A stretch of 36,977 nucleotides of DNA from Octopus bimaculoides (Eukaryota): positions 35,292,312 to 35,329,288 of the forward strand of contig NC_068996.1 of the NCBI RefSeq assembly GCF_001194135.2, written 5' to 3'. Positions 1 to 11,260 of the stretch are shown here, one piece after another; position 1 is the stretch's first letter; each line of letters begins with the position of its first letter. A program made the position numbers and the translations under genes. The notes beneath the pieces were generated by a model that worked only from the letters and a program-made list of their open reading frames with translations, was not told where the DNA came from and did no database searches.

Positions 1-98
1 GTTTTACAAAAAACTTATCTTCCCTTCTCTGGAGCGATTGTGGTCGATTTTGTGGGCACCATACACTTAAAATCCAGGCATAACTACAGATTTCTATC

Positions 99-215
99 CC
101 ACCGACTTTGGATGATCATAACTTTCAGAAAAATGGATATTTGTTTGTGAAATTTTCTACGAATATGTGTTATATCATGAAGATTCCAAATATACCAACT
201 TTGGGGGAGGGGATA
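99..215 (+). mobile_element. Partial copy of the same MITE family
   Basis: CACCGACTTTG..TCATAACTTTCAGAAAAATGGATATTT..TGAAATTTTCT matches 1826-1885. Confidence 0.6.
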
Positions 216-384
216 CACATGAACGAAGTCCCATGGAGTTTTTATTCTTTCAGAATGAAGTACACAAATATATTGAATATTGTGTTTGCTTCTATCAAGA
301 CCGTTTACCTTTAAAGCGAAAAAGCAAAACCGACGTATACGACAGGTATGTAAAACATATTTCGGTGTATTTTCTCTGTAACAT

Positions 385-530
385 TCTGCGTTCAAATCCT
401 GCTGAGATCAGTTTTATCTTTCGTCCTTTCGCAGTCGATAAAATAATAAAGTAATGAGATCGATAGCACCGACTAAACCCCTTCCTCTCAAGATTGCTGG
501 CCTTGTGCCTAAATCAGAAATCAATCTTTT
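385..530 (+). mobile_element. SINE family D fragment (Nin/Meta-like central domain; domain name unverified)
   Basis: GTTCAAATCC B-box, CTTTCGTCCTTTCGCAGTCGATAAAATA, and tail TGCTGGCCTTGTGCC. Related pieces lie at 14420-14490 (+) and 17985-18105 (-). Confidence 0.55.
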
Positions 531-1817
531 CAACCATGATGTCATCGTGACTGCCTTAAGAGAGTTTAAGAACATTAACCCGTAATCGATTGAAAATTCG
601 TTTGGATCATTGTTATTTAAATACGTTAATCTCTACTTTACTATGTACTATACATACATTTTCAATTGATTTATTATCAATGAAGATTTTTCTTCCCCTC
701 CTCCTACTCAAAATCATTATCCTTGGTCTTTAATGATTAAACTAAATCCGACATTGTCACCATATTTTTAGACATCGAACTCACTACTGTAAATATCTTT
801 TTTGTAGTTGTCCAGCCTTGCCTTTCGTGACAGTTTTATCTTTTTACTCTTTGATACAGTTGTAGCTTTACTTGACTAAAATGTTTTTTGTCTTACGCTA
901 GAATATGTATGTTAGACGACACTTAACTATATATTCTCGTAAAAGAGATTCCTTAGGTATTTTCCCCATGTCAAACGTGATACGTTTGGGAGAGGGTTTC
1001 GACCTTGTCTTCTACCATTAAGAAACAGGTAGGACCACACATTGCCTTCAAAAGCCACCTTAAATTTGTGAAATCTTTGTAGCTCAGATTACATTATTTT
1101 TGAAAATATAATGTGATGGTCATTAGGAGAATGTCGATGCTGGGTGAAGGTTGGCATCACTGCAACAGTGACAAACCACCAACAGCTCACTATCTGAACT
1201 AAGCTACCATCGACTTAAATGTAAAGGGCACCGTTGAATATTTCTGGACGAGAACTAGAGAATATTGTTTTTCTCTTATTTATCTATTTATTTCGGGTTT
1301 AATATCAGAATAATTGAAATTTGTTGCCTTATTTACATTACATACCTAATTATTACGGTTTCAATCTATCTAACTATAAAATGGGTACCACGACGTATAG
1401 ACTGCTAATCGATTTGTTAGAACTCTAAAACGAATCAATGAAAATCAAAACCGATCACATTTTTTTGTTCATGTGAAAGAACCAATGCGGAAAGAAAAGT
1501 TTGTTTAATATTCAATCAGACGGAAGAGTCGGCGCTTATGACTTCTCCGAACTGTGATATTAACACGGCTGATGTTCAGTTTGTGTAGCTGTAAACTCCT
1601 TAAGGAAAATTACGAGGGTGGAAAATTGTTTCTAGAAATATCTCACTCAAAAAATGAAGGACTGTTTATAGTTAACTGTAAGGCTTGCAGATAGAGGAGA
1701 TACGGTATAGATGATGAGAAGAGGAGGGGTAGGCTGAGCGGATGTGGTATGCAATTGGTAAGTTCAGAAAGTAGAAACCGTTAGAGTAAAAGTAAAAATG
1801 AGGAATAACAACTACAC

Positions 1818-2565
1818 GTGTGCTACTCTGACTTTGTTTCTTCATAACTTTATGAAAAATGGATATTTTATAATGAAATTTTCTGCAAGCACTTTTTCAG
1901 ATGGTGTACATTACGATTATATCAGTATTTGTCGTGAAAAAACTTCTTTCTTGAGAGGAGAGGAAGAAGTGTTTCATGTAATTCATACCCTTCGATTTTG
2001 TTTTTTCATAAATTTCTGAAAAATCTACACATCAAAACGTATAAGGAAACAATGTCGAGATGCATGAAATATCCGTGCCCAACCATTTTTTCCCCCCACA
2101 TTGAATACCGATATAATCCACACAATTATATCGGTATTAAATCGATTGGCTAAAATTACCCAAAATTTGCAAACTTTAAGAGATATTAACTTTTTATTGA
2201 TTAATTTAAAGCAAGAATAAATTTCATTTCCATAATTAGCATACAAAACTACATCAATACACCAAATTTCAAATAACTTGAAACAAAATTGAAGGAATTG
2301 AAAAGTGAAAACCAAACAGAAAAGATCTGAAAAGTATTTGTAAAAATTTTCACTTAAAAAAAACAAACTATTTTCTGAAAATCATGAAGAAACAAGGTCG
2401 CGGCATATGAATTGCCCGACGCTCCTATCCCTCCCCGAAATTATTTTCCCCCACAAATTCCAATATAACTGTAAACTAAGTGAAACGTACTTGTAAAAGA
2501 ATTTACTGAAAAAAAATGTTCCTTTTTCAGAAAGTTATGAGGAAACAAAGTCGGGGTAGGCACAC
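1818..2565. mobile_element. MITE with long modular inverted repeats
   Basis: GTGTGCTACTCTGACTTTGTTTCTTCATAACTTTATGAAAAA (from 1818) is inverted at 2523-2565. The module recurs at about 2366-2400 (-). Confidence 0.75.
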
Positions 2566-4214
2566 TTCTGTGGTTAACCAGAAATGACAAAATAGACGGA
2601 ATAGACTAGAGGTTGTAGCGTATTGAAAATGGTGAGTCGTTGCCAATGACCCCGAAACCTTTTTTTTTTTAATGTAATTTAGATGCCTAGATATGTATCA
2701 GCTGTACTGTCCAAGATATCGGTGTTCCTTCAGTATTGAGAGATCGCCAAGGAAAAAAAATATACGGGGAGATATTGAGGTTTCAAATCTGAAACGACAA
2801 TATTCTTTCAGTCTGTATATTTTTTTCCTCTTTCTCCTTCCTCCAAATATGCGCGCGCGCAAATAGATAGATAGATAGATAGATACATTGATCATCATCA
2901 TCATTGTCGACGACGTTATGATTATAATCATTATCATCATCATAGCTTGGCATCGCAACATGAAGTGAGCTGTCCTTCGCTCCCTGATGACATAGATACA
3001 TACATTACCTACATTATATATATATATGCATATATATACTTACATATAAATACACACACATATATACATACTCAATAGATACAGAGACATTTGTACAAAA
3101 AAAAATTTCAGTGACACTGACAACTGATAATGTTAACCTAAAACAAATATAGTGTCAAAGATGCGAGAGCAAGAGAAAGAAGAGACAGAATAAGAGGGAG
3201 GGAGGGTAAGAGACGGGGACAGCATAAAGAAATATGAAATAGAAAGAGATGTTAGAAAATTACTGTCTGTAAATCTTACAAGGAGAGATATTCAGCAACA
3301 GTACTTTGTAGTAAAGATTGTTTGCCAACACAACATGGCAGTCCTGGTTTAGGACGAATGTTGCTGTAATTTAGCCCCAGGAAACGTCGTCTCCAGCTGG
3401 CTATACGACACGATCTGTGTCCTTATATTTTCGAACAAGGGAATCTAACACTCCCACTCAGCTCAAAACAATATCTGTGTATCGCGATGGTCGTGTCTGG
3501 AAGGTTTTAATGATAAGCCTGTTCAATAATAATGGAACGTAATGTCCTCTCTATTAGTGGTCTTCAGTCATTAATCTATCAGGTTCCAAGTTTTCACTTT
3601 GGTGTTTCACCATCTACTCCTCTTATTCCCATGTAAAGATATACACTGTAAATCTATATAAAAATCCTTTTGTCACTACCAATCATTATTTTAAAGATAC
3701 CATAATTACCGCTACAAGCTGCGTGCGCGCGCGCGTTCTGTAAGCTGGTTTCTAACAAAAATACAAAGCTCCATCGTTGGAATATAGGTATTAAAAACAA
3801 TGTCAGATATTGAACTTGAGACAAATCTTGCATATGTTTACTGTTCCACTTACGGATTACATTTGTAATGTGGGTGTTTCTTTTCCTGAAAATTCTAGCT
3901 TATCCAGATTGTCACTTAGGCATTTAATGACAACACGAACTGCAACAGTTCCTATCAATATAAACGTGAATTTATTATCTGGATATACGACCTGAAAATT
4001 TTAATCCAGTTGTTCATAGTTACTGCCTTCCTCTTGAATTTTCAAATAAAATAGCTGACCTCTATAACAATGCATACTTTTTCTTGTCTACTTCAAACAA
4101 CAATACCGGGTTTGCTGTGTATCCACTTGATAGAAGTGTTGATGGAAATGTTCTACCAATATCCCTTGTGCTGATCTTTATGCATGTATTCAATAACAGG
4201 GTGTTCTCTACATT

Positions 4215-4497
4215 GAAGGCGTATAGCCAAGTGATTAGAGTATTTGGCTCGCGATCGAAGGGTTGTGAGTTCGATACTCGACGGCGCGATGTGTCCTTGA
4301 GCAAGACACTTTATTTCACGTTGCTCCAGTCCACTCTGCTGACAAAAATGAGTTGTACCTGTAATTCAAAGGGCCAGCCTTATCGAATTCTGTGTCCAGC
4401 TGAATCTTCCTGAGAACTAAGTTAAGAGTACTCAGGACGACTTTTCCGTCGTTTGGATCAACTGCAACACTCGTCGTCATAACCGACGGAGTGCTAT
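4215..4497 (+). mobile_element. tRNA-derived SINE family C (CORE-like head)
   Basis: TAGCCAAGTGA and GAGTTCGATAC boxes, GTGTCCTTGAGCAAGACACTT, and tail GGATCAACTG...GACGGAGTGC. Confidence 0.8.
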
Positions 4498-5681
4498 GTT
4501 ATTCTCTATATTTATTTGTGTGTGAACCCTACTTGTATTCTTCATATTACGTCCCTGTAAACTAGCGACCCTTCAGGCCGTGCCCCAGTATGACCGCAAT
4601 CCAACGACTGGAAAAAGTAAGAGATAAAAGGTCCTATCTCTGTCAATAGACAACAAAGATAGGTTCTCTGCTTGCGAACCTATCTCTGTTGGCAGTGACG
4701 GGTTCGCAACAGAGACTTGCAGTGATCAGCTCATCCTTCCAATAAATCTAAGATTAACTGGAATTCTAATCACCAGTAATCGCCTAGCGTCTTGCACCCT
4801 TTGGATAAAGCCCCCTATTACAATACAATAGCTGCCAGTTAACGGCGGGAAAAAAAAAGATTAAAAGAAAGAGAAAATGAAGGAAGGAAAGAAATGAAAC
4901 TATTCTCAGAGCGTTGAAGCGTGTTATGAGCACACCATTCTACTTATTCTAATTGAGACACGAGTTTAGGAAGATACAATCACACCCTCTCGTACGTACA
5001 CAGGTTGCCAAAGACCTTCATATGAACACCAATTATTGACTCACACACACATACACACACTTTTACATAGATAACGTGTATACAGTTGAATACGCCTATT
5101 TTCATAAAATGATCATAGAGTGGAGATAAGCACGTGGTGGAGCCCACCCACTCTCACCTCTATCTCTTTTTTCACCTTCTCTCTCTCACAACACACACGC
5201 ACGCACGCACGCACGGAAAATACATCTTCACCAGATAACGTTCTTTCTAAGATATATTTCTTGTACATTATCATGAATAAATTGTTAAAGCATTTTAGAT
5301 AAGATTAAACGTTTGCTCTTTCTTTTCATAACGAAAACACACAACAGTCACTAAAAGCACATACATACATACGCATATTATTTTATACACGTATTCATGA
5401 ACATTAAATCTGATCAGATTTGGATAGCGAGCAGAATCTCAATGGGTGAATGTACGGTTCACCACAGCTCAGAGGGAGAAAGTGGCAGGAGGTGCATAAT
5501 TACACTTGGATTTCATTGTTATTTGCAGCCCCCAGAAAGTTTTTTTTTTCCAATCTCTGGTTGATGAGCACAGGAAGTTTCTGTGCCGAATGTAGGTCTT
5601 GGCAACAAAATTGTTTATCAATGTTACTTAGGAGAAACAGTTGCTGGCTGGCAGAAAGCCTAAGTGTTGTTGGATTAAAAT

Positions 5682-6068
5682 GCAAGGCGTGGCTATGTGG
5701 TAAGAAGTTTACTTCCTAACCACATGGTTCTAGGTTCAGTCCCACTGCATATCACCATGGGCAAGTATTATGCATTACAGCCTCGGGCCAAACAAAGCCT
5801 TATGAGTGGATTAGTAGACGGAAACTGAAAGAATCCCGTCGTTTATGTATGTGTATTTGTGTTATCCTCTTCTCAACGCTTGACAACCGATGTTGGTCTT
5901 TTTATGTCCTTGTGATGTAGTTGTTCAGCAAAATGAGACCGATAGAATAAGTGCCAAGTTTAGTAATTAAAAAATAAGTACTGGGCTTGATTTGTTCGAC
6001 CAAAACCTTCAGGTTGAAGCCCTAGCGTGACCACAGTCTAGTGGCTGAAAGAAGTAAATGATAAAAGA
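5682..6068 (+). mobile_element. tRNA-derived SINE family A (tRNA head, CORE-like segment, central microsatellite, tail 1), full length
   Basis: A-box-like TGGCTATGTGG and B-box-like GGTTCAGTCCC. Collinear with at least 8 other copies in the window. Confidence 0.85.
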
Positions 6069-6304
6069 TATATTAGTGTCATATCCCTTTCGTGATCAAA
6101 TCTTGCATGTGATTATTCTTTGATTCATCTGTGGGACCAATCACAGTAAGTACCAATAATATACTGTGACCGTAAATTCAATTGAAACAATTAGTCAATC
6201 ACAATTGTATGAACTATGACGTTGTTAAATTCTGACACTTGGATTCGAACTAATTACCTGGCAGGAGGAATGGAATACCCACGCTAACGAGATATTCTCT
6301 AAGC

Positions 6305-6580
6305 CAGTGCTTCTCAAACTATCTGATGTGCGTACCAGCAGTCTCCCACCACCACCAATGTGCCAAGGACCGGTGATATTTCTTAGTAATATTACTTTAT
6401 ACCGGAAACAATATATATAATGAATGTAATAAAAGTTGACAACCTTTTTTTATCTTATATTTATTTTGTAAACAAATAATGCAATATTACATAAGCATTT
6501 TATAATGTTTCTTTCTTTTCTGGAAACTCGCCGCGTACCGGCAGCTGACGGCTCGCGGACCACCACTTTGAGTAGCACTG
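6305..6580. mobile_element. hAT/Charlie-type MITE
   Basis: TIRs CAGTGCTTCTCAAA and TTTGAGTAGCACTG. Perfect 8-bp target-site duplication CTCTAAGC at 6297-6304 and 6581-6588. Confidence 0.92.
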
Positions 6581-6841
6581 CTCTAAGCGATCGCTTTCCC
6601 TACTAGAAAAACTGCCAAATTTCCCTAAAACTTTACCCTGTTGCCTTTAAGGAAAAAGTGGACAATGGGAGTCTAGTGCTTACAAATATGTATATATATG
6701 TATGAATGTGTACAGGATGATCACGAGTGGGCTGCATTCGATAATGGTGAATTCTCCTGTATTAAACGAATAAACGACAGGTGAGGGTTCCAAATTTCTT
6801 CTTGAACAGTCTATAATGATCTGTCCATGATGATGAAATGT

Positions 6842-7015
6842 AAGCTCACTCCCTCCATCAAATCGACATTGCCCGTAAAGGTGTACGGTATGTCACACGT
6901 CGAAGTGATGTCAGAGGAACGTGAAATGAAATGTTTTGCTCTAGGTCCGGAAATCGAAACCAAGATCTTGAGTTCGTGAGTGCAACACCCTAAACATTAA
7001 ACCATGCACTTTCAC
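6842..7015 (-). mobile_element. tRNA-headed SINE fragment (another family)
   Basis: Minus strand has GCATGGTTTAATGTTTAGGGTG...GGTTTCGATTTCC boxes. Confidence 0.55.
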
Positions 7016-7354
7016 ATTTAATCATAAGTTTGCTTGATTAGGAAGGGCTATCACTGAGTTTCATTCCAAACTCATTGAAATTACACCAGTAAGTCCCCTT
7101 ACATTCTTTCTTATACCGACTTTAAATTATGACTCTATGGCTATTTACTTCCTCTCGACTAGTTTTCAATTTGAACAACAAAGAATTATTTTTCTTAAGA
7201 GGGAATTGAGTGAATGTGTAAATAAGATGACCTACATTTATATTTTATGATAAACTGTTGTAATAATGTGATTAATGTGCCTTGACAACAGTTTACGACA
7301 ATGAAAAAGAAAGGAAAACGATCCGTAAGTATCTTTATCACTTTATGAGTTTGA

Positions 7355-7396
<42 letters not shown>

Positions 7397-8129
7397 ATCA
7401 CAGTGAGGAAAAGGGACAGAACGAGAGAGAGAGAGAGAGCAATGATTGCATTGTTGGGTTTCGGAGCCAAATCTTAACACTTTTATACATTGTGGTTTTG
7501 TAGTTAAGCAAACTCTCACACGCACCCCCACCCCCCACACACACACAAATATATACATACACGAGCACGAACACATGCACAAATATGAGCATACACGTAC
7601 AATACATATAAAATATCACAGACAGCAGTTTCTGTTTTTACACACACGCAGTACATTTTGGTGCCTTGTAAGAGCTACTGAGATGAGGAACAGAAAATAA
7701 TGGATAAGAAAAACGACTAAAAATTTGTGCAACTGCATACAGCATTGGCTACATACGCAACAAAAAACAATCATTGTAAATAGAACATTATTAATGTTTT
7801 ATCTCTTCCATGTTTCACTCACTGGACTGCGTCTATGCTGGGGCACCGGCTTGATCGTCCCTCGCTATTTATTTGTTTTTAAATCTAGTACTTATTCTAT
7901 CGGCTTTTATCCAAACCGTGTATGTATTTGTATGTGTGTTTATAATTCTCTGTGACCCTATGAGTTGTGAAAACTAACAGCAATATCTTAAATTTCTTTG
8001 TGTGAGGAACACAATCTTACCAACACTAATATCATTTTCTCGAATTAGAGCAATCACAAGAGTGATCACAGGTCCAAACACTGGTATCACATCAACTATA
8101 CTCATAGTTAGGTTTTTAAAACTTAAACA

Positions 8130-8870
8130 TGTTCAATCCGCCATCCCAGTGTAATGAGGAGGGAGCTGAGTGTTGGACAGACCATCACGTTATTAAGAGA
8201 AATTATGTTGCATGTGCAATCCTCGAGAGTGTCAAATATAGAGACCTCATTACTGCAAGCTCAACAGTTCTAATATTTCTAAAGAACTTCTGTCACCCTC
8301 TACCCGTTGACGTGAAAGCTCCAAAAGCAGTCATCACTTCGGGAAATGACATAAATGACAAAGGGTCTTCCCTCGATTCCACACACACACACACACACAC
8401 TCTCTCTCAGTTGCTGTTGGTGATGATGGTGTTGAAACCATCGGATTGAAAGCAAAAACGCATCAAGATTAGTTCGATGAGGACTTCAGCACAATCGATA
8501 GACTCCTGAATGATATGTACAAGGTCCACGAAATAACTCTGTACAATTCCCCTTTACACACTCTAAAAATGCAATGGCGAATTCACATTCGGAGTGAAGC
8601 TTAATTCATCCTTCATACTCTGGAACATTAATGGTGGATTGCAAACGCTCTCAACATATCCAAAACTTGCAGGTTTTGGATGACGTACACAATCTTATAT
8701 CCGTACAATAAAGACATTCCGTATATTCAGAATTTATTTCACGATACCAGAAAAATCAGTGAATAATAAGAATGTGCTGGACAAAAGATTTCAAACGCCT
8801 CTTAAACCAGCCCAAATCAATGGATCCAGCAACCGTGGAGGAACTTGTGAAATATCCATAAGCCACCATT
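8130..8870 (+). pseudogene. RTE-clade LINE ORF remnant (end of endonuclease and linker)
   Basis: GAECWTDH (8162-8185), KTHQD*FDED...IDRLL (from 8455) and WTKDFKRLLNQPKS (from 8778) occur in the order expected for RTE/BovB-type ORFs. Split by a (CA)n tract. Confidence 0.8.
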
Positions 8871-9011
8871 TACGCGCGCGCGCGCGCGCGTGTGTGTGCG
8901 TGCGTGCGTGCGCGCATGTATGTGCCCATTGTAGATCTCGAAAGACCATAGTGAGTCTTCATTTGCAAAACGCAGTTTTGTAGAGTGTACATTTTATTGA
9001 AATATTGAGAT

Positions 9012-9168
9012 CAGGGCAGACCTAAAGGAGGTGGGCTAAGGGGCACGTGAGCCCCTCAAGAAAAGAAATGCGTCCTTGTAAATAATGTTATTACGCCCTT
9101 TTCTCTTGGAATTGTATTCCCTTCTGACCTTGTGCGCTCCTTTCGAAAAATTCCTTGGACTTGCCCTG
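9012..9168. mobile_element. Small MITE-like element
   Basis: Ends CAGGGCAGACC and GGACTTGCCCTG are inverted. The TSD is not convincing. Confidence 0.45.
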
Positions 9169-9361
9169 AAGAGGATCTATGAAGAGCTCAATCATAACTT
9201 CTAAAGTCTATCACTATCAATATATGTTTTCTTTTTAAGCCTGATACTTATTCTATCAGTCTCTTTTGCCGAACCACTATTTTACGGGGACGTAAACACT
9301 GGTTATCAGCGGGAGGGGCAAACACACACACACACACGTGAAGCAACAAAAATTCAATAGG

Positions 9362-9456
9362 TTATAGCAGTACGTACGTTTCGTACAAGCTCCATTTATT
9401 CATGTGGTGAGAACACCACAGAATGTACAATGAAAATGTACTCCTCAGCTGCATAA
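9362..9456 (-). ncRNA. Type I hammerhead ribozyme, mirror copy
   Basis: Reverse-complement arm of the palindrome. Identical core, stem I and stem III. The stem II tip TGTGGTG/CACCACA is fully Watson-Crick. Predicted cleavage between 9371 and 9370. Confidence 0.9.
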
Positions 9457-9466
9457 TGGAATTTCA

Positions 9467-9561
9467 TTATGCAGCTGAGGAGTACATTTTCATTGTATTT
9501 TCTGTGGTGTTCTCACTACATGAATAAATGGAGCTTGTACGAAACGTACGTACTGCTATAA
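9467..9561 (+). ncRNA. Type I hammerhead ribozyme (minimal, Penelope-type)
   Basis: Stem I TTAT-GCAG (9467-9474) pairs with CTGC-t-ATAA (9553-9561). Core CTGAGGA 9475-9481. Stem II GTACA/TGTAC is extended by TTCATT/AATGGA, TATT/AATA and TGTGGTG/CACTACA. GAAA 9541-9544. Stem III is one C-G pair around the palindromic loop GTAC. GTA triplet, with predicted cleavage after 9552. Confidence 0.9.
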
Positions 9562-10169
9562 CCTATTGAATTTTTGTTGCTTAACTTCAAATTTTATTCA
9601 CCAAATTTCTTGATTTTGTTTTTGGTTTTTATCCTACCAAATTCTGGTGCCTCAAGCATTTTAAGTACCACATTTAATCTTTTGATTAAATCGATATTAT
9701 TATATATAAATATATATACGGACTTTCAGTTTCCGTCTACCAAATCCACTCAGTAGGATTTGGTCGGCCCGTGGCTATAGTGGAAGAGACCCGCCCAAGG
9801 TGCCATGCAGTTGGGCTGAACCCAGAACCATGTGGTTGGGAAACAAACTTCTTACCATACAGCCGTATATGTGTATATATGTACACACATACACATTCAC
9901 GCATCTAACAGAACACACAGGTGTACACGTGTATGTTTATGTTTGTAATGAATATCAGAAATCATATTCATGTAAATCTATTCAATCCAACCAGTAATAA
10001 TATTGACTAAAAATTTTGTTATTCGAATATTCCTTTCCTGGAATTTACTCATATCTATGGTCCTTTCACCTTCAGATGTATAAATACGTTGTAATTCCCA
10101 AATGGCTCTAGTCAGGTTCAACTCTTTAAAACATATTGATCTTGTTGCATGGAGTTTAATCATGTTCAT

Positions 10170-11260
10170 CTAAACAGACACTTGATGAATACAGCTTTTC
10201 AGAGTAAATAGAATGGAAATGAGAGGACATGAATGGGGTTAAGTAGCGTTTTATGGAACACAGTGAAATATAAAAGGAGTGAGGGGGGAATGTTTAGAGC
10301 GGAAAGAAGAGTAATGTACGACAGAGAGAGAGAGGGGAGAGAAAGAGAGAGTCTAGACACAATCAGAGAGGCGGAAGAAAGACTACACTGTACTTTGGGA
10401 GATGAGGAACACATTGTGAAAGGAGTGTTTACAATAGAAGGAAGAGTAGAAAGCGAATAAAGAAATAAGTAGTGGGAGAAGAGTATCAGAGTAAGTAGAG
10501 AGAGGAGCTAGAGGAGAATGTATAGAGAGAAATAGTGAGAAGTGTTCATTGTAGAAGGCAGAGTAAATTGTATAGAAAAGCAAGTATGATTACAAACAGA
10601 AATAGGTAGTGAGAGGAGTGTATTAAGAAATTACACTTGATCATGGGAGTGAAAGTAAATTATTCAGAAAATAAGTAAAAGCAGACGGTTCAAGATAAGG
10701 AAGAGTAGAGTGTACGGACGTGGTAGCAATAAGTATATGAGAGTGAAAGTAACGTGTTCAGAGTGACTGTACGAGGAAGCCACATAATAAAAGGGAGTGA
10801 AAATAACGTGTTCTGCGGGCATGGCAGTATATAGTGAACTAGAGGGAGGGTGAGTAAGAGTGGACTCGGTGGAGGAGTAGGCAGAGTGAAGTGTTTAGAG
10901 AAGGGCGAATGTAAAAGAAAGAGAAATAAATGAAAGTAGATTATTAGTATTTTTAGGAGAAAGATATAGAGTGAATAAGAGAGGGGTAGCGTCAGAGAGT
11001 GATCGAGTGATAAAAGTACGAGAGTGGAATATATGGAGAGGCATGAGTGATGGCTGATAGCGGGAGTTAGAGAAGGGTAAAATAGACGAGAACCGGGGAA
11101 GGTGGGGAAGCAAGCAAAATAATACGGAAGAGAAAAGGGGATTTAGGTGGTTTAAATTTAGAATGGTTATTCGTTTGGATTAGAATTAATGAATTAATAT
11201 GTAAATCTGTAGTGGAGATTATCAGAGCTGGACAAGAAATGTGAATCATTTCAAGATGAC
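10170..11260 (-). mobile_element. Possible very old L2/CR1-like LINE remnant
   Basis: The minus strand is strongly pyrimidine-rich. Faint ordered motifs LSDATPLLFTL, YNEHFSLFLSIHSPL and FTVFHKTLLNP resemble L2 SDH..L.F, YN..L...LD.HAPL and LF.TF..LLNP. The similarity is weak. Confidence 0.3.

Larger units (their letters stand above)
9341..9582. mobile_element. 242-bp near-perfect palindrome (121-bp arms, no spacer) carrying two hammerheads; inverted Penelope-like pseudo-LTR
   Basis: 9341-9461 is the reverse complement of 9462-9582 except at 4 pairs (9406/9517, 9424/9499, 9425/9498, 9459/9464). Inserted in the central microsatellite of a SINE. The Penelope assignment is inferred from the hammerhead type and the inverted geometry. 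Confidence 0.85.
9227..9864 (-). mobile_element. SINE family A interrupted by the hammerhead palindrome
   Basis: 3' half at 9227-9340 and 5' half at about 9715-9864. The insert lies in the central (CA)/(TA) tract. Confidence 0.85.

Noticed and set aside
985-1015. Minus-strand GAC-AAG-GTC-GAAAC resembling a minimal hammerhead stem II
   Set aside because: No CUGANGA core, NUH triplet or stem I.
1470-1560. Promoter (CCAAT-like motif in a CpG-retaining region)
   Set aside because: A single short motif with no associated transcript or exon evidence.
7956-8108. CTATGAGT/ACTCATAG inverted ends
   Set aside because: Only 8 bp of clean match and no TSD, which is too weak to call a MITE.
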